Both the position numbers and the translations under genes were made by a program. From the NCBI GenBank assembly GCA_036677065.1, contig JAKFBS010000002.1, positions 160,001 to 224,000 of the forward strand: a DNA stretch of 64,000 bases, read 5' to 3'. Shown piece after piece: positions 1 through 10,361 of the stretch. The DNA is from Bdellovibrio sp. (GTDB lineage Bacteria > Bdellovibrionota > Bdellovibrionia > Bdellovibrionales > Bdellovibrionaceae). The notes under the pieces were generated by a model. The model worked only from the letters and a program-made list of their open reading frames with translations. It ran no database searches and had not been told where the DNA came from. How positions within the stretch are numbered: the stretch's first letter is position 1; every line of letters starts with the position of its first letter.

Positions 1-1
1 A

Positions 2-1294
2 AGCCTTTTCAAAAAGCTCTAAAGTGTTTGTGTCTGGTGAAAACTCGATCCAGATCAGACAGCCACCTTTAGGATGAGTGATTTTTATACCTTGCGGAAA
101 ATATTTTTGAATCGTTTCAGTGATCAGCACAAAATTATTTTCAATAGTTTGTCTAAGCTTTCGCAAATGTCTTTCATAGCTGTGATTTGCTAAATGATCG
201 GCGATCGCCATCTGTAGCGCGGCATTGGTGCTTGAAGTGTTCGTTGATTTATAAAGTAAAAGTTTCTCTTTTTCGCTTTCTGGCGGAATCACCCAGCCAA
301 TGCGATAACCCGCAGATAAGGTTTTTGAAAATGACGAACACAGATAGTTTTTATCTTGTTTATCAAAAGATTTTAAGGTGATCGGTCGCGTCGGTGTGAA
401 ATACAATTCACCGTAAATATCATCTTCGATGATCGTGATATTATACCGGTAACAAAGCTGAACAAAACGTTCTTTGTTTTCATCACTCATTAAACTTCCG
501 ATGGGATTTAAAAAATTCGGCGTAACAAGTGCTGCTTTGATTTTAAATTTAGAGGCTTTTTCTTCAAAGGCTTCTAAATCAATGCCTTGATCTGATCTGG
601 CCGGTAATTCTAAAAGTTTTAAGCCCTGATCTTCGATTAATCTTAAAATACCGTGAAAGGTCGGGCTTTCGACCGCAACGATATCGCCAGGGCTTGCGCA
701 AGATTTTAAAGCCAGGTTTAAGGCTTCAGTGCAGCCATTAGTAATGATCACGTTTTCAGTGCTCGTAACAAATCCGGCATCAAAAGTGCGCTTTGCGATT
801 TCTTTTTGTAATTCAGGAAATCCCGCTAAGGGTGGATAGCGCATGGCTTTTTCTGGATTTTGCCGCATTACTTTTAATAATGATTTTTGTAAACTGGCCA
901 TGGGTAACAGAGATGTATGAATGACAGCTCCGCCTAACGGAATTAATTTTTCATTACTGCAGGCATTGACGATATCTAAATTTCTTGAACTGTCTTTGAC
1001 AAAACGTGGGCTGGGTAAAGCTTTTGATTTAAATGCCGCTGTAGAAATAGCTGCAAGTTTTTTAACAAAGTATCCCGATTGCGGTTTGGCTTCGATGTGG
1101 CCTTGGGCTTCAAGCAGGGCATAGGCTTGATTGACTGTCGAGATACTGACGTTAAGTTTTTTGCTCATAACGCGCACTGAAGGTATTCGGCTTCCGTTTA
1201 GCAGGGTGCCGTTGCTAATCCAGTCTTTGATTAGCCCTTCAACTTGATTATAAAGTGAGACATCGCTGTTACGTAATATAGGTGATCTGGCCAT
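2..1294 (-). CDS. MocR/GabR-family (GntR wHTH + PLP aminotransferase-like) transcriptional regulator, 3' end runs off the window
   Basis: Not in the ORF track. Manual translation from ATG at 1294 gives MARSPILRNSDVSLYNQVEGLIKDWISNGTLLNGSRIPSVRVMSKKLNVSISTVNQAYALLEAQGHIEAKPQSGYFV (GntR HTH), followed by ITNGCTEAL, VESPTF, TPNFLNPIG and IEDDIYG (class I aminotransferase motifs). Confidence 0.9.
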   Translation of the reverse strand, partial: MARSPILRNSDVSLYNQVEGLIKDWISNGTLLNGSRIPSVRVMSKKLNVSISTVNQAYALLEAQGHIEAKPQSGYFVKKLAAISTAAFKSKALPSPRFVKDSSRNLDIVNACSNEKLIPLGGAVIHTSLLPMASLQKSLLKVMRQNPEKAMRYPPLAGFPELQKEIAKRTFDAGFVTSTENVIITNGCTEALNLALKSCASPGDIVAVESPTFHGILRLIEDQGLKLLELPARSDQGIDLEAFEEKASKFKIKAALVTPNFLNPIGSLMSDENKERFVQLCYRYNITIIEDDIYGELYFTPTRPITLKSFDKQDKNYLCSSFSKTLSAGYRIGWVIPPESEKEKLLLYKSTNTSSTNAALQMAIADHLANHSYERHLRKLRQTIENNFVLITETIQKYFPQGIKITHPKGGCLIWIEFSPDTNTLELFEKA

Positions 1295-1322
1295 AAAACC
1301 CTCTTTTAAACGGTATCATTAA

Positions 1323-1366
1323 CTGTACTGGTTACAATTCAACTTAGGTGCATCTGTACTCATTAC
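1323..1366. promoter_or_regulatory. Probable MocR operator: two CTGTACT-NN-TTAC direct repeats
   Basis: CTGTACTggTTAC at 1323 and CTGTACTcaTTAC at 1354, 31 bp apart, between the divergent regulator and target genes. Confidence 0.55.
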
Positions 1367-1388
1367 TGAATTAGCTTATACTAAACCT

Positions 1389-1667
1389 ATGGAACACTCT
1401 ACTAAAAATCAAATTTATCTTAAAAAGGGTGAAACCCTAGAAATCACTACAAAGTCAGTGATCACCGTCGGTAGTGGTATGGTGTGGGTCACGTGTGCCG
1501 GTGACGAAAATGACTATGTTTTAAAAACTGGTGATCAGTTAAAATTAAGTGGTCCTAAACCTGTGATCGAAGCGATACACTCAAGTTATTTAACTATTGA
1601 CGAACAACCTTCTAAATTTAAACTGTTTGGTTTAATCCTTTCATGGAATGCAGACGTCTTCGGATAG
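1389..1667 (+). CDS. DUF2917-like small cupin-fold protein
   Basis: SGMVWVT...DENDYVLKTGDQL motif; divergent from a MocR gene, a familiar pairing. Confidence 0.75.
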   Translation: MEHSTKNQIYLKKGETLEITTKSVITVGSGMVWVTCAGDENDYVLKTGDQLKLSGPKPVIEAIHSSYLTIDEQPSKFKLFGLILSWNADVFG

Positions 1668-1793
1668 CGTTTCAAAACGAGAAACTTAATCAGCGGATTG
1701 TTGAATTAATACATCTTTGTTAATTAACGTAAACATTGAGCCCGACTAAGGTGAAATGACATAACTAATATTGAGCAATGTATCTGAAATTGA

Positions 1794-1820
1794 TCAGTTT
1801 TCAGACGAATTTACCGATAG
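1794..1820 (+). promoter_or_regulatory. Sigma28 (FliA)-like promoter
   Basis: TCAGTTTT-N11-ACCGATAG resembles TAAAGTTT-N11-GCCGATAA and ends 7 nt before the GTG of the fibre gene. Confidence 0.5.
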
Positions 1821-1827
1821 GTAATAC

Positions 1828-4800
1828 GTGGTGCACGTGAATTACCTAATTGTAAAATTGCTATCTGTTTGTTTCGCTATTTTTATAGCGTGCAGTGCAT
1901 TTGCAGGGCCCGGTGTTACCACATATCAAGCTAAAATCATAAAACCTGATGGCTTGCCACTTGAAGCCAATAGTGTGAATTTTAAATTCACAATTTTAAA
2001 TCCTGTCGGAAATTGTATTTTATATTCTGAAACATATTCGTCGATCAATATGACATCAACGGGTGGGCTGATTGCTTTTCCTTTAGGTTCAGGTGTTAAA
2101 GTTTATCCAGTATCTGCAATAACGTTTGCAGAAGTTTTTAGTAACGTAACGCCAAACTTAAGCTGTGATGCCGGTGGGCCGGGCACTTATACTCCAGGGG
2201 CCTCAGACACGCGTAAAGTCGTCATGCAATTTCATGATGGTGGTGGCTGGCAAACACTTCCTGCGATGAGCATCAATGCTGTGCCGTACGCGATGTATGC
2301 CAACGAAGCACAAAAAATTTCGGGACTTCCAACCTGTAATCCTGGCGAAGCTTTATCTTACAACGGTGTGACTTTTTCGTGTGAAGTTATCAGCGGGGGC
2401 GGAGCAGTGACTTCATCAACGGTAACTGCAGCTTTAGGCTATACACCGGCAAGTAGCGCAACTGTTGATTCACTTATTTCAAGTGTTGCGAGTGATAGTG
2501 CGAATCTTTCTTCGGTGTCTGCAACAGTTTATTCAGTTTCAACAACGGTCACAAGTTTGCAAAATTCAGTGGCAGCAAGTTTTACTGCGATGGCCTCATC
2601 ACAATGGGTATCACTTAATGGATTAACTTCTGTTTCGCAAACGATTGCATTCGGAACAACTGGCGCTGCGCCAAATGTTTCTTCAGTCGGTTCGGTGCAC
2701 ACTTTTAATTTTCCTTTTGCTTCAGTCGGAACAACGACTGCAGGGGTGATTTCAAATTCTGATTATGCAATTTTCATGAATAAGCTAGAAGCAACTGGTT
2801 CTGCAATTATTTCTGCTTTAGGTTATACTCCTGCAAATGCCGTAAGTGTCACGACACTAAGTTCTAATGTAGCAACGGTGTCGGCAGCGGTTTCGAATTT
2901 ATCAGCCTCAACTGCAGCATCATTTTCGGCAATAACAAATTCTCAATGGCTAACAAGCGGCACGACTATTTCTTATTCTACAGGTGACGTAGGTGTGGGA
3001 ACATCTGCGCCAGTTGAAAAACTTCATGTAAATGGCTCAGCAGTACTGGGTTCAATTCCAAACTATACAAATGGCGGTTCTGGTTTGTACCTTGCTAATG
3101 AAGCAGGCGATGCTTTTAACTTTTTTAGAATTGATGGATATGCAAATGATTTAGCAATAGTTGCATCTAGTTTGACTGGTGCTGCCAGCGGAACTTCAAT
3201 TTCTTTTAGAACAGCAACAGCCGGTCAGGGAGCTAATGGTAGCACAAAAATGACCATCGACTCTGCAGGCAACGTCGGTATTGGTGCACTGTCACCAGTG
3301 ACAAAATTAGTGGTCTCTGGCGGTGTAAAAATCAGCATGGAGTCAGCAACCTGTTCTGTAAGTTTTGCCGGAACTTTACGATATAATGCGGGCTTAGTTG
3401 AATACTGTAACGGAACAACATGGTCGGCCTTCGGTGTAGCTGGTGCTGGTATTTCTTTGTTAAATGGCTCTTCTTCTGCGACGCAAATTTTTGCAACAGG
3501 AATTGCAGGCACTAATTTTAATATTTCATCCACTAACGGCACACATACGTTTAATGTACCGCTCGCGGCGACAGCCAGCGTCGCAGCTGGTTTATTATCA
3601 AATGCAGACTATTTAACTTTTACAAATAAAGTAAGTTCAACAAGCGCTGCAATCATAGCAGCGCTTGGCTATGAGCCAGCGTTGAATTCAGCTTCTGGAA
3701 CTTATGCACAAAAAGCAAATAACTTATCTGATTTAACTTCGATTGCATCAGCACGCACTAATTTAGGTCTTGGTGGTTTTGCAACGGTATCAAGCTTAGA
3801 TTTAGGTTCAGCAAGTGCAACCGGAATATTAGATGAAGCCCGTTTGCCAAGTTTTGCAAATATAACCAGCGGTACTCAGTACACCAAAGTAACTGTTGAT
3901 GGTAAAGGCCGCGTAACTAGTGGTGCACAGTTAACATTAAGTGATGTAACCACGGCTTTAGGGTACTCTCCAGCATCAGCAAGTGCCTCGTCGCAGTGGA
4001 TAACCAGCGGAACATCCGTTTTTTACAACACAGGTAATGTTGGGATTGGCGTGTCAAACCCGTCATCGTTATTAACTTTAGCGAACAGCGGGGTAACTAC
4101 AACATTTCGCATGAGCGGCAATGTTTCAAACTCTGTTTCTACAAGATTTCAAATGGCCAATGACGTAAATCATTTAGCGCAATTAGCCCATGTCGGATCA
4201 ACAGCCGCAAATGCCAATCTTATTGGTATTGCAAATACAGTTAATTTAGCAACAAGCGGTGATGCAATTATTCTTGCTGCCTATAATGCTTCAGGAACAA
4301 TTAGATTTGGTACTGGTGGTTTTGCGAATAGTAATGAAAGAATGCGCATCGATCAAGATGGTTATGTTGGCATTGGAACAACTACTCCTTCAGCAAGATT
4401 GCATTTAGGTTCGGGATCTACTTCAAATGGACCATTAAAATTTACTTCTGGAACTTTAGTGACTTCACCACAATCAGGTACAATGGAGTACGACGGTGGT
4501 GGATTTTATTTAACTGATGGGGCTGGAAATCGCCGTATGATTGCGACTGGTTCAAGTTCTGGTTCGTTAGACAATGCTTCAATTATTAATTCGACTGGAA
4601 ACATGAATTTAGTTCCGGTGGGATCAGTAATTGTATCTAGCACGACAGCTTCAACAAATTCACAAACGGGTGCATTGATTGTAAAAGGCGGCTTAGGTGT
4701 TGCCGGAAATATTTATTCTTCAGGTACGATGATAACTTCTTCAGATATTCAAGGGGCTTCAATCACCGCAACAAATGCAATGATTACTCCATATATTTAT

Positions 4801-7800
4801 GGATCAACAGTATCTGGGGGATCATTAAGTCTTGAATCTACAACGCACGCAAATAAAGGTAATATTACTTTAAACACACTTGGCGGAAATGTTGGCATCG
4901 GAACAACATCGCCGCTTTATCCATTAGATATTTCGGGCACAAGCGCCATTCGAATCCCGGCTGGCACAACGGCGCAACGTCCGGTAAGTCATGCCGGCAC
5001 GGTTCGCTTTAATTCAGATTTTAAAACTATAGAATACAGCGATGGTGCCAATTGGTCTTCAGTTGCAGCAGAAAAAGTTGTTAGCGGAAATCCAGTGGGT
5101 GACGTATTAACCGTGAACGATGGTTATCAAGTGCGTCACTATGATGGTAGTGTTGCAGGCGGAAGATATGTTGATCTTCCTGACGGAGCAACGCTACCTG
5201 CGGGTTGGTACGTGACGATTGCTAATACTTCAAGTTTAACAGGTCATGGAACACGCATTACAGTTCGTACATCAGGTGCAGATACATTTGGTACAGCCAG
5301 CGCAACAACTCTCGCGTTAGGGGGCATTGTTTATAATTCTACCTACAAATTTATTTGGCAAGGGCCCGCTAGAAAATGGACCAGCAGTTATATCTCAGGA
5401 AGCACATTCTGGCAGCGACCTGATATGGGACTGACGATATCGGCTGGATATGCTAGCACAGGCAGTGGTTATTCAACTTCTATTTACGGCTCATCAGGTG
5501 TTGAAGGCACTGGTGGAATGGTAGGTCTATATGCAGGCTCAGCAGGTACATCGACCACGGTGGCTCACAGTGGTGGTGAAGTGTATATTAATGCTGGGTA
5601 CAGTCCTTATGGTCAAGGTGGCCATGTTAATATTAGTGCTGGTAGCGGCGGCTCTGTCAGCGCTACTGGTGGCAATATCGTATTAACACCGGGTTCTGGG
5701 CCTGCATCTGCGGGTCAGATTGTTTTAGCTGGTCGGGTAAGAAGTAGTAGCGGCCTATCGACGGGATATGATTCAGCAGCGCTTGGTGATAACACGAAAG
5801 CAGAAGCTATCAATGCATTTGCAATTGGTAGATACAATGTAGGAGGCGGAACTTCAGACAACTGGATTTCAACCGAACCACTTTTTGAAATCGGTAATGG
5901 AACTGGTGATGGATCTCGTGCAAACGCGATGACAGTTCTGAAAAACGGCAGCGTCGGTCTCGGCATAAGCACACCAACCGCGCGTTTACAAATTGCTGCA
6001 GGTACATCGCAAACAGCGCCGATTAAATTAACAGCGGGTACATTATTGTCAGCAGCACAATCTGGAACGATCGAGTACGACGGTACAGAATTATATTTTA
6101 CAAATGGTACAAATACGCGCCGTACAATTGCATCGACCGGTGCGCCAGGTTATTACGACACGGTAAATACAGTTGCTAATGCAGCAGGTAATATTGCGTT
6201 ATATCCAAATACTGGTGCAGGCAGTGTGATTGTATCTGCGACTACAGCTTCGACGAATTCTTCGACGGGCGCATTAATTGTTAAGGGCGGCTTAGGTGTA
6301 GCCGGAAACATTTTCTCGTCAGGAACAATTATTACTTCTTCAAATATACAAGGGGCTTCGATCACGGCAACAAATGGCATGATTACCCCGTATGTGTACG
6401 GATCAATTGCATCAGGCGGATCATTACGTTTAGATTCAACAACGCACGCGTCGAAGGGCAATATTTTATTAGCGCCTAACGGTGGTAATGTGGGGATTGG
6501 AATAGTGAATCCTATTGATAAATTGCAAATTTATGATGGCGACATCAGACTTGGCAGTTCAACAGATACTAATTCAACGCAAGGAATTTTAAAATTTGGC
6601 TCAGCGGCTTATCCCAATGGATATGCCGGAATTGCAGGTATCGCAAAGGGAAGTCCAGACCGGATGGAGCTGGCATTTTCGACGGCTTACGGCCCGGCCG
6701 TTGAAGCTATGAGAATTTCTGAATACGGTAGTGTCGGCATAGGCACAAGTAGTCCGTTATCAATTTTAACTGTAACTGGCTCTAGACAGTCAGCGACGAT
6801 CAAAAACACAATCTCTACATTTGATAGTCAGGCCTTCAATCTTGATGTCGGCGCAGGAATCGGCATGGGTGGTAAAATCAATGTCTCTGGTACAATGGCT
6901 CATTTTGGTTTAGTTGGAGCACGTAAAGAAAATAATATTGCTGATAATATTGCAGGATATCTAGTTTTTGAAACGCGGCCTGCTGGCGGAAATTTATCAG
7001 AAAAAATGCGAATTAATTCGATTGGAAACTTAGGTTTAGGCACGACGACTCCAGGTGTATTATTAGATTTATATGCGGCGGCGAGTCCGACTTTACGTAT
7101 TCGCAGTACTTCGAATGATCCGGCTAGTGGTCCGACAATTCGTTTAGTTGAAGACTTATCTGAAAATGGCGGTTTGATCCGCTATAACGCTCTTACTAAT
7201 GGCTTAGATTTAGGCGTGTCAGAAAGTGGCGTGGATAACACCAGAATTTCAATTAATAGAACGACCGGAAATGTAGGTATTGGAACAACAAACCCGCTAG
7301 ATGTGGTTCATATTCTAGGAACTAGCAGTACTGGTCTAAGAATTGATGGCGAGCTTTCGCAGAAGTTAAACATAATTGGAAATATCGAGGTGCATCCGGT
7401 ATTAACATTACCTTCTGCGCGCATAATTGGCCCGATTAATCGAAGTATTGCCATGGAAATTAATGGCAACGGACCAACGGATCGCTTTTCTGTTGTGACT
7501 GATCTATCGAATGCGGGCAGTGCCAGTTCTGAGGCCTTTGTTGTTACTAATGCCGGTAAAGTCGGTATCGGAACAAGCGCACCAGTGGCCGCTCTTCAAA
7601 CTCACTCAACAGCTGGAGGAGTCTTTACCGGATTGTACATTTCAAATGAACCTGCTGGTTCGGGGTTTGCGCCAACTCAAATTAGTTTTTCAAGAACGGC
7701 CATAGCATCCAAAGTAACAAGCAGCATAACTTCAGATATTACAACCTCTGGAACTTTTGCTAATGGTTATTTGGCGTTTTCAACTCGAACATCTGAGAGT

Positions 7801-9150
7801 GTTACAGAAAAAATGAGAATAGATAGTACAGGCAATGTTGGTATCGGAACCAGTGCGCCAGCGACTTATTTAGATATAGCCGGTAACGGCGGCGAAACTT
7901 TAATTCTAAGAGATAAGGATACTCTTTTTACTGATAATGCTTTTGCTTTATATATTCGCGGAAAAGATTCAGCGAATAATAATGTTTGGTATGTAGGTGA
8001 AGGTTCGTCTGGAGCAAAAAATGTGTCATTTCTGGCCTACCAAGCAGGGTATCCGTTAACTTTTGGAACGAGCTCGACAGAAAAAATGCGCATCGATGAT
8101 GTCGGTAACGTAGGTATTGGTACGACTGCGCCAAACACTTTATTGCAAGTTGGTCCAACGGGTCCTGCTAGCATAGGTTATTCTACTTTTGCCGGAAGTT
8201 ATTTATCAACTTCTGGGCAAGCGCAGTATGTGGGTAACTGGGCAAGCACTGGTTATTGGGGTATTGGCCCAGCGACAAATGCAATTGATCACACTATTCG
8301 TATTGGCAGAATTGATACGGCCTCAGCGACTTGGAGCGCAACACAAGTTACAAATCTATTGATCGGCGGTAACGTAGGTATTGGCCAAACAACCCCAATT
8401 AATGCTTTAGATATTTTGCGAACTACAGGTGATCTTGGCATGCGTTTGAAAGCCGATGCGGGCGATTCTGATGTGACCATCCAATTACAAAATGACGTGC
8501 AAACCTGGAAAATTGTTAACAAAGCTGGTTTTTCAGATGCATTTGTTGTCGAAGATACTACTGGTGGCAAAACTCCGTTCGCTATTAGAAAAGCGAATGG
8601 TTTTATTGGTATGGGTGGAGTGACTATTCCGGGTTATCAATTAGAAGTATCGGGTACCGTGCAAATCACTTCGGGTTCAGCTTTGCGAATTGGTGCTACA
8701 AATATTTGTACAAGCGCAGGCTGTGTGTCGTCTTCAGATTTACGTTTAAAAGAAAATATTCAACCTTTAGATTTTAGTTTAGAAAAACTTTTATCTTTAA
8801 AGGGCGTACAATACGATTGGAAAAATAAAGCTGTTTATGGTGATCAGCACCAAATCGGGTTTATCGCACAAGAATTAGAAAAAGTTTTTCCTGAAGTTGT
8901 ATATACTGATAAAGAAACAGGTTTGAAAACTGTGTCATACGGTCAGTTGCTGGCTCCGGTGGTTGAGGCCATTAAAGTGTTATTTGGAAAAACCAAAGAC
9001 AACACGCGCGCGATCGCTTCGCTTGAAGAAAAAGATTCGGCCAAAGACAAACAAATCAAAGCTCTTACACTTGAGAACGAGCGTAAAGATAAAGAATTAC
9101 GCGAAATGAAAGAGCGTCTTGATCGTATTGAAAAAGCTTTAGCTCGGTAA
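1828..9150 (+). CDS. Giant trimeric fibre adhesin (Bdellovibrio mosaic adhesive trimer-like) with C-terminal peptidase S74 intramolecular chaperone
   Basis: Signal peptide; TYQAKIIKPDG and VPYAMYA N-terminal motifs; many GNVGIGT repeats; SDLRLKENI...IGFIAQELEKVFPEVV (S74) followed by a coiled coil. Confidence 0.9.
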   Translation: MVHVNYLIVKLLSVCFAIFIACSAFAGPGVTTYQAKIIKPDGLPLEANSVNFKFTILNPVGNCILYSETYSSINMTSTGGLIAFPLGSGVKVYPVSAITFAEVFSNVTPNLSCDAGGPGTYTPGASDTRKVVMQFHDGGGWQTLPAMSINAVPYAMYANEAQKISGLPTCNPGEALSYNGVTFSCEVISGGGAVTSSTVTAALGYTPASSATVDSLISSVASDSANLSSVSATVYSVSTTVTSLQNSVAASFTAMASSQWVSLNGLTSVSQTIAFGTTGAAPNVSSVGSVHTFNFPFASVGTTTAGVISNSDYAIFMNKLEATGSAIISALGYTPANAVSVTTLSSNVATVSAAVSNLSASTAASFSAITNSQWLTSGTTISYSTGDVGVGTSAPVEKLHVNGSAVLGSIPNYTNGGSGLYLANEAGDAFNFFRIDGYANDLAIVASSLTGAASGTSISFRTATAGQGANGSTKMTIDSAGNVGIGALSPVTKLVVSGGVKISMESATCSVSFAGTLRYNAGLVEYCNGTTWSAFGVAGAGISLLNGSSSATQIFATGIAGTNFNISSTNGTHTFNVPLAATASVAAGLLSNADYLTFTNKVSSTSAAIIAALGYEPALNSASGTYAQKANNLSDLTSIASARTNLGLGGFATVSSLDLGSASATGILDEARLPSFANITSGTQYTKVTVDGKGRVTSGAQLTLSDVTTALGYSPASASASSQWITSGTSVFYNTGNVGIGVSNPSSLLTLANSGVTTTFRMSGNVSNSVSTRFQMANDVNHLAQLAHVGSTAANANLIGIANTVNLATSGDAIILAAYNASGTIRFGTGGFANSNERMRIDQDGYVGIGTTTPSARLHLGSGSTSNGPLKFTSGTLVTSPQSGTMEYDGGGFYLTDGAGNRRMIATGSSSGSLDNASIINSTGNMNLVPVGSVIVSSTTASTNSQTGALIVKGGLGVAGNIYSSGTMITSSDIQGASITATNAMITPYIYGSTVSGGSLSLESTTHANKGNITLNTLGGNVGIGTTSPLYPLDISGTSAIRIPAGTTAQRPVSHAGTVRFNSDFKTIEYSDGANWSSVAAEKVVSGNPVGDVLTVNDGYQVRHYDGSVAGGRYVDLPDGATLPAGWYVTIANTSSLTGHGTRITVRTSGADTFGTASATTLALGGIVYNSTYKFIWQGPARKWTSSYISGSTFWQRPDMGLTISAGYASTGSGYSTSIYGSSGVEGTGGMVGLYAGSAGTSTTVAHSGGEVYINAGYSPYGQGGHVNISAGSGGSVSATGGNIVLTPGSGPASAGQIVLAGRVRSSSGLSTGYDSAALGDNTKAEAINAFAIGRYNVGGGTSDNWISTEPLFEIGNGTGDGSRANAMTVLKNGSVGLGISTPTARLQIAAGTSQTAPIKLTAGTLLSAAQSGTIEYDGTELYFTNGTNTRRTIASTGAPGYYDTVNTVANAAGNIALYPNTGAGSVIVSATTASTNSSTGALIVKGGLGVAGNIFSSGTIITSSNIQGASITATNGMITPYVYGSIASGGSLRLDSTTHASKGNILLAPNGGNVGIGIVNPIDKLQIYDGDIRLGSSTDTNSTQGILKFGSAAYPNGYAGIAGIAKGSPDRMELAFSTAYGPAVEAMRISEYGSVGIGTSSPLSILTVTGSRQSATIKNTISTFDSQAFNLDVGAGIGMGGKINVSGTMAHFGLVGARKENNIADNIAGYLVFETRPAGGNLSEKMRINSIGNLGLGTTTPGVLLDLYAAASPTLRIRSTSNDPASGPTIRLVEDLSENGGLIRYNALTNGLDLGVSESGVDNTRISINRTTGNVGIGTTNPLDVVHILGTSSTGLRIDGELSQKLNIIGNIEVHPVLTLPSARIIGPINRSIAMEINGNGPTDRFSVVTDLSNAGSASSEAFVVTNAGKVGIGTSAPVAALQTHSTAGGVFTGLYISNEPAGSGFAPTQISFSRTAIASKVTSSITSDITTSGTFANGYLAFSTRTSESVTEKMRIDSTGNVGIGTSAPATYLDIAGNGGETLILRDKDTLFTDNAFALYIRGKDSANNNVWYVGEGSSGAKNVSFLAYQAGYPLTFGTSSTEKMRIDDVGNVGIGTTAPNTLLQVGPTGPASIGYSTFAGSYLSTSGQAQYVGNWASTGYWGIGPATNAIDHTIRIGRIDTASATWSATQVTNLLIGGNVGIGQTTPINALDILRTTGDLGMRLKADAGDSDVTIQLQNDVQTWKIVNKAGFSDAFVVEDTTGGKTPFAIRKANGFIGMGGVTIPGYQLEVSGTVQITSGSALRIGATNICTSAGCVSSSDLRLKENIQPLDFSLEKLLSLKGVQYDWKNKAVYGDQHQIGFIAQELEKVFPEVVYTDKETGLKTVSYGQLLAPVVEAIKVLFGKTKDNTRAIASLEEKDSAKDKQIKALTLENERKDKELREMKERLDRIEKALAR

Positions 9151-9405
9151 GCGTTTTTTAGCAAAGGCATTTACAAGAGCTAAGACTATTATAGCTCCGA
9201 CTACGGCGCCGATAAAGCCTGCTGTTTCGTTCGGTCCGTAGATTCCAAACGCTTGGCCTAAAATAGACCCTACAAAAGCGCCGACAATGCCTAATATGGT
9301 CGTCATTAGTAAGCCAGTCTTGTCATCGCCGGGTTTTAAAAAACGTGCTACAAGACCCACAACAAAGCCAATAATAACTGTGGCAATGATTCCTTGTTCA
9401 TTCAT
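9139..9405 (-). CDS. GlsB/YeaQ/YmgE (transglycosylase-associated) membrane protein
   Basis: IIGFVVGLVARFLKPG...GIVGAFVG...FIGAVVGAIIVL, three hydrophobic helices; GGAG RBS. Confidence 0.9.
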   Translation of the reverse strand: MNEQGIIATVIIGFVVGLVARFLKPGDDKTGLLMTTILGIVGAFVGSILGQAFGIYGPNETAGFIGAVVGAIIVLALVNAFAKKRLPS

Positions 9406-9438
9406 ATTGTTCTCCTTAAAATTTCTTACTAGCCAACG

Positions 9439-9454
9439 TGCAAATTATTGACCG
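9439..9454 (-). promoter_or_regulatory. Sigma54-type promoter
   Basis: Minus strand CGGTCAATAATTTGCA = GG-N10-GC, upstream of the GlsB gene. Confidence 0.45.
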
Positions 9455-9482
9455 GGGCAGATTGCGACATTTACCATGAACC

Positions 9483-10316
9483 ATGGTTGATATTGAAGTT
9501 ATTAGCATTCCAACGGCCCAAGAATTTTTAAATCTTTGTGGCGATATGCTTTATCAAAATGAAGCTGAATATAGTTTGATGCTAGGCTTGGCAGAACTTG
9601 GTCCAAAACAAGGACAATATTATATTATAAAAAATAGTTCGGCGATTTCAGGCGCTGCGTTTGTTACGAATGTTAATATTATTATTTCGAATTTATCTGA
9701 TGAATCTGTTTTAGCTCTTGTTGATCAACTTTACTTTGATAAAATAAATTTTCCGGGTGTTGTTGGCCCTGTTTCGCCAACAGTCTTATTTGCTAAAACC
9801 TGGGCAGGAGTGACTGAAAAAAAATCTAAAATTGGAATGCAGCAAAAGATTTATCAACTGAACCGGGTAATAGCTGCAAAGCCGGTTGCTGGCTCGATTT
9901 TGGTGTGTAACATAAAACATCAGGATTTGATCACACAATGGGTTTATGAATTTAGTTTAGAGTCGCTACCGCTGCAAAATAATACTATCGAAGCCGCTCG
10001 CACATTTGCTGTGAATAAAATTGCAAAAGGTGAAGTTTATATTTGGTGTGATCAATCAGGAATTCCCGTAGCGATGAATTCTGTTGGTCGGCCGACTAGA
10101 CAGGGAATCAGCATAAGTGCTGTTTATACACCCAAAAGCTTTCGTAAAAAAGGCTATGCTTCAGCTTTAGTCGCAGCTACAAGCCAGAGCATGTTAGATG
10201 GCGGAAAAAAATTCTGCGTATTGTACACTGATTTAGCGAATCCCACGTCGAATAAAATATATCAAAATATTGGCTACCAAGAAATAGCTACCTCTATACA
10301 GTATATGTTTGAATAG
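9483..10316 (+). CDS. GNAT acetyltransferase
   Basis: VYTPKSFRKKGYAS acetyl-CoA motif; LYTDLANPTSNKIYQNIGY. Confidence 0.9.
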   Translation: MVDIEVISIPTAQEFLNLCGDMLYQNEAEYSLMLGLAELGPKQGQYYIIKNSSAISGAAFVTNVNIIISNLSDESVLALVDQLYFDKINFPGVVGPVSPTVLFAKTWAGVTEKKSKIGMQQKIYQLNRVIAAKPVAGSILVCNIKHQDLITQWVYEFSLESLPLQNNTIEAARTFAVNKIAKGEVYIWCDQSGIPVAMNSVGRPTRQGISISAVYTPKSFRKKGYASALVAATSQSMLDGGKKFCVLYTDLANPTSNKIYQNIGYQEIATSIQYMFE

Positions 10317-10361
10317 ATTATTACGCTAGCCAGAGTAGCCAAACAGTGCTACTTAAAAAGC

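Noticed and set aside
187..1124. Short plus-strand ORFs 187-381 and 921-1124, and similar antisense ORFs across the track
   Set aside because: They overlap well-supported genes on the opposite strand or in another frame and show no motifs.
1828..9150. Prophage tail fibre or prophage
   Set aside because: Has a signal peptide and no phage genes nearby; fits a chromosomal adhesin.
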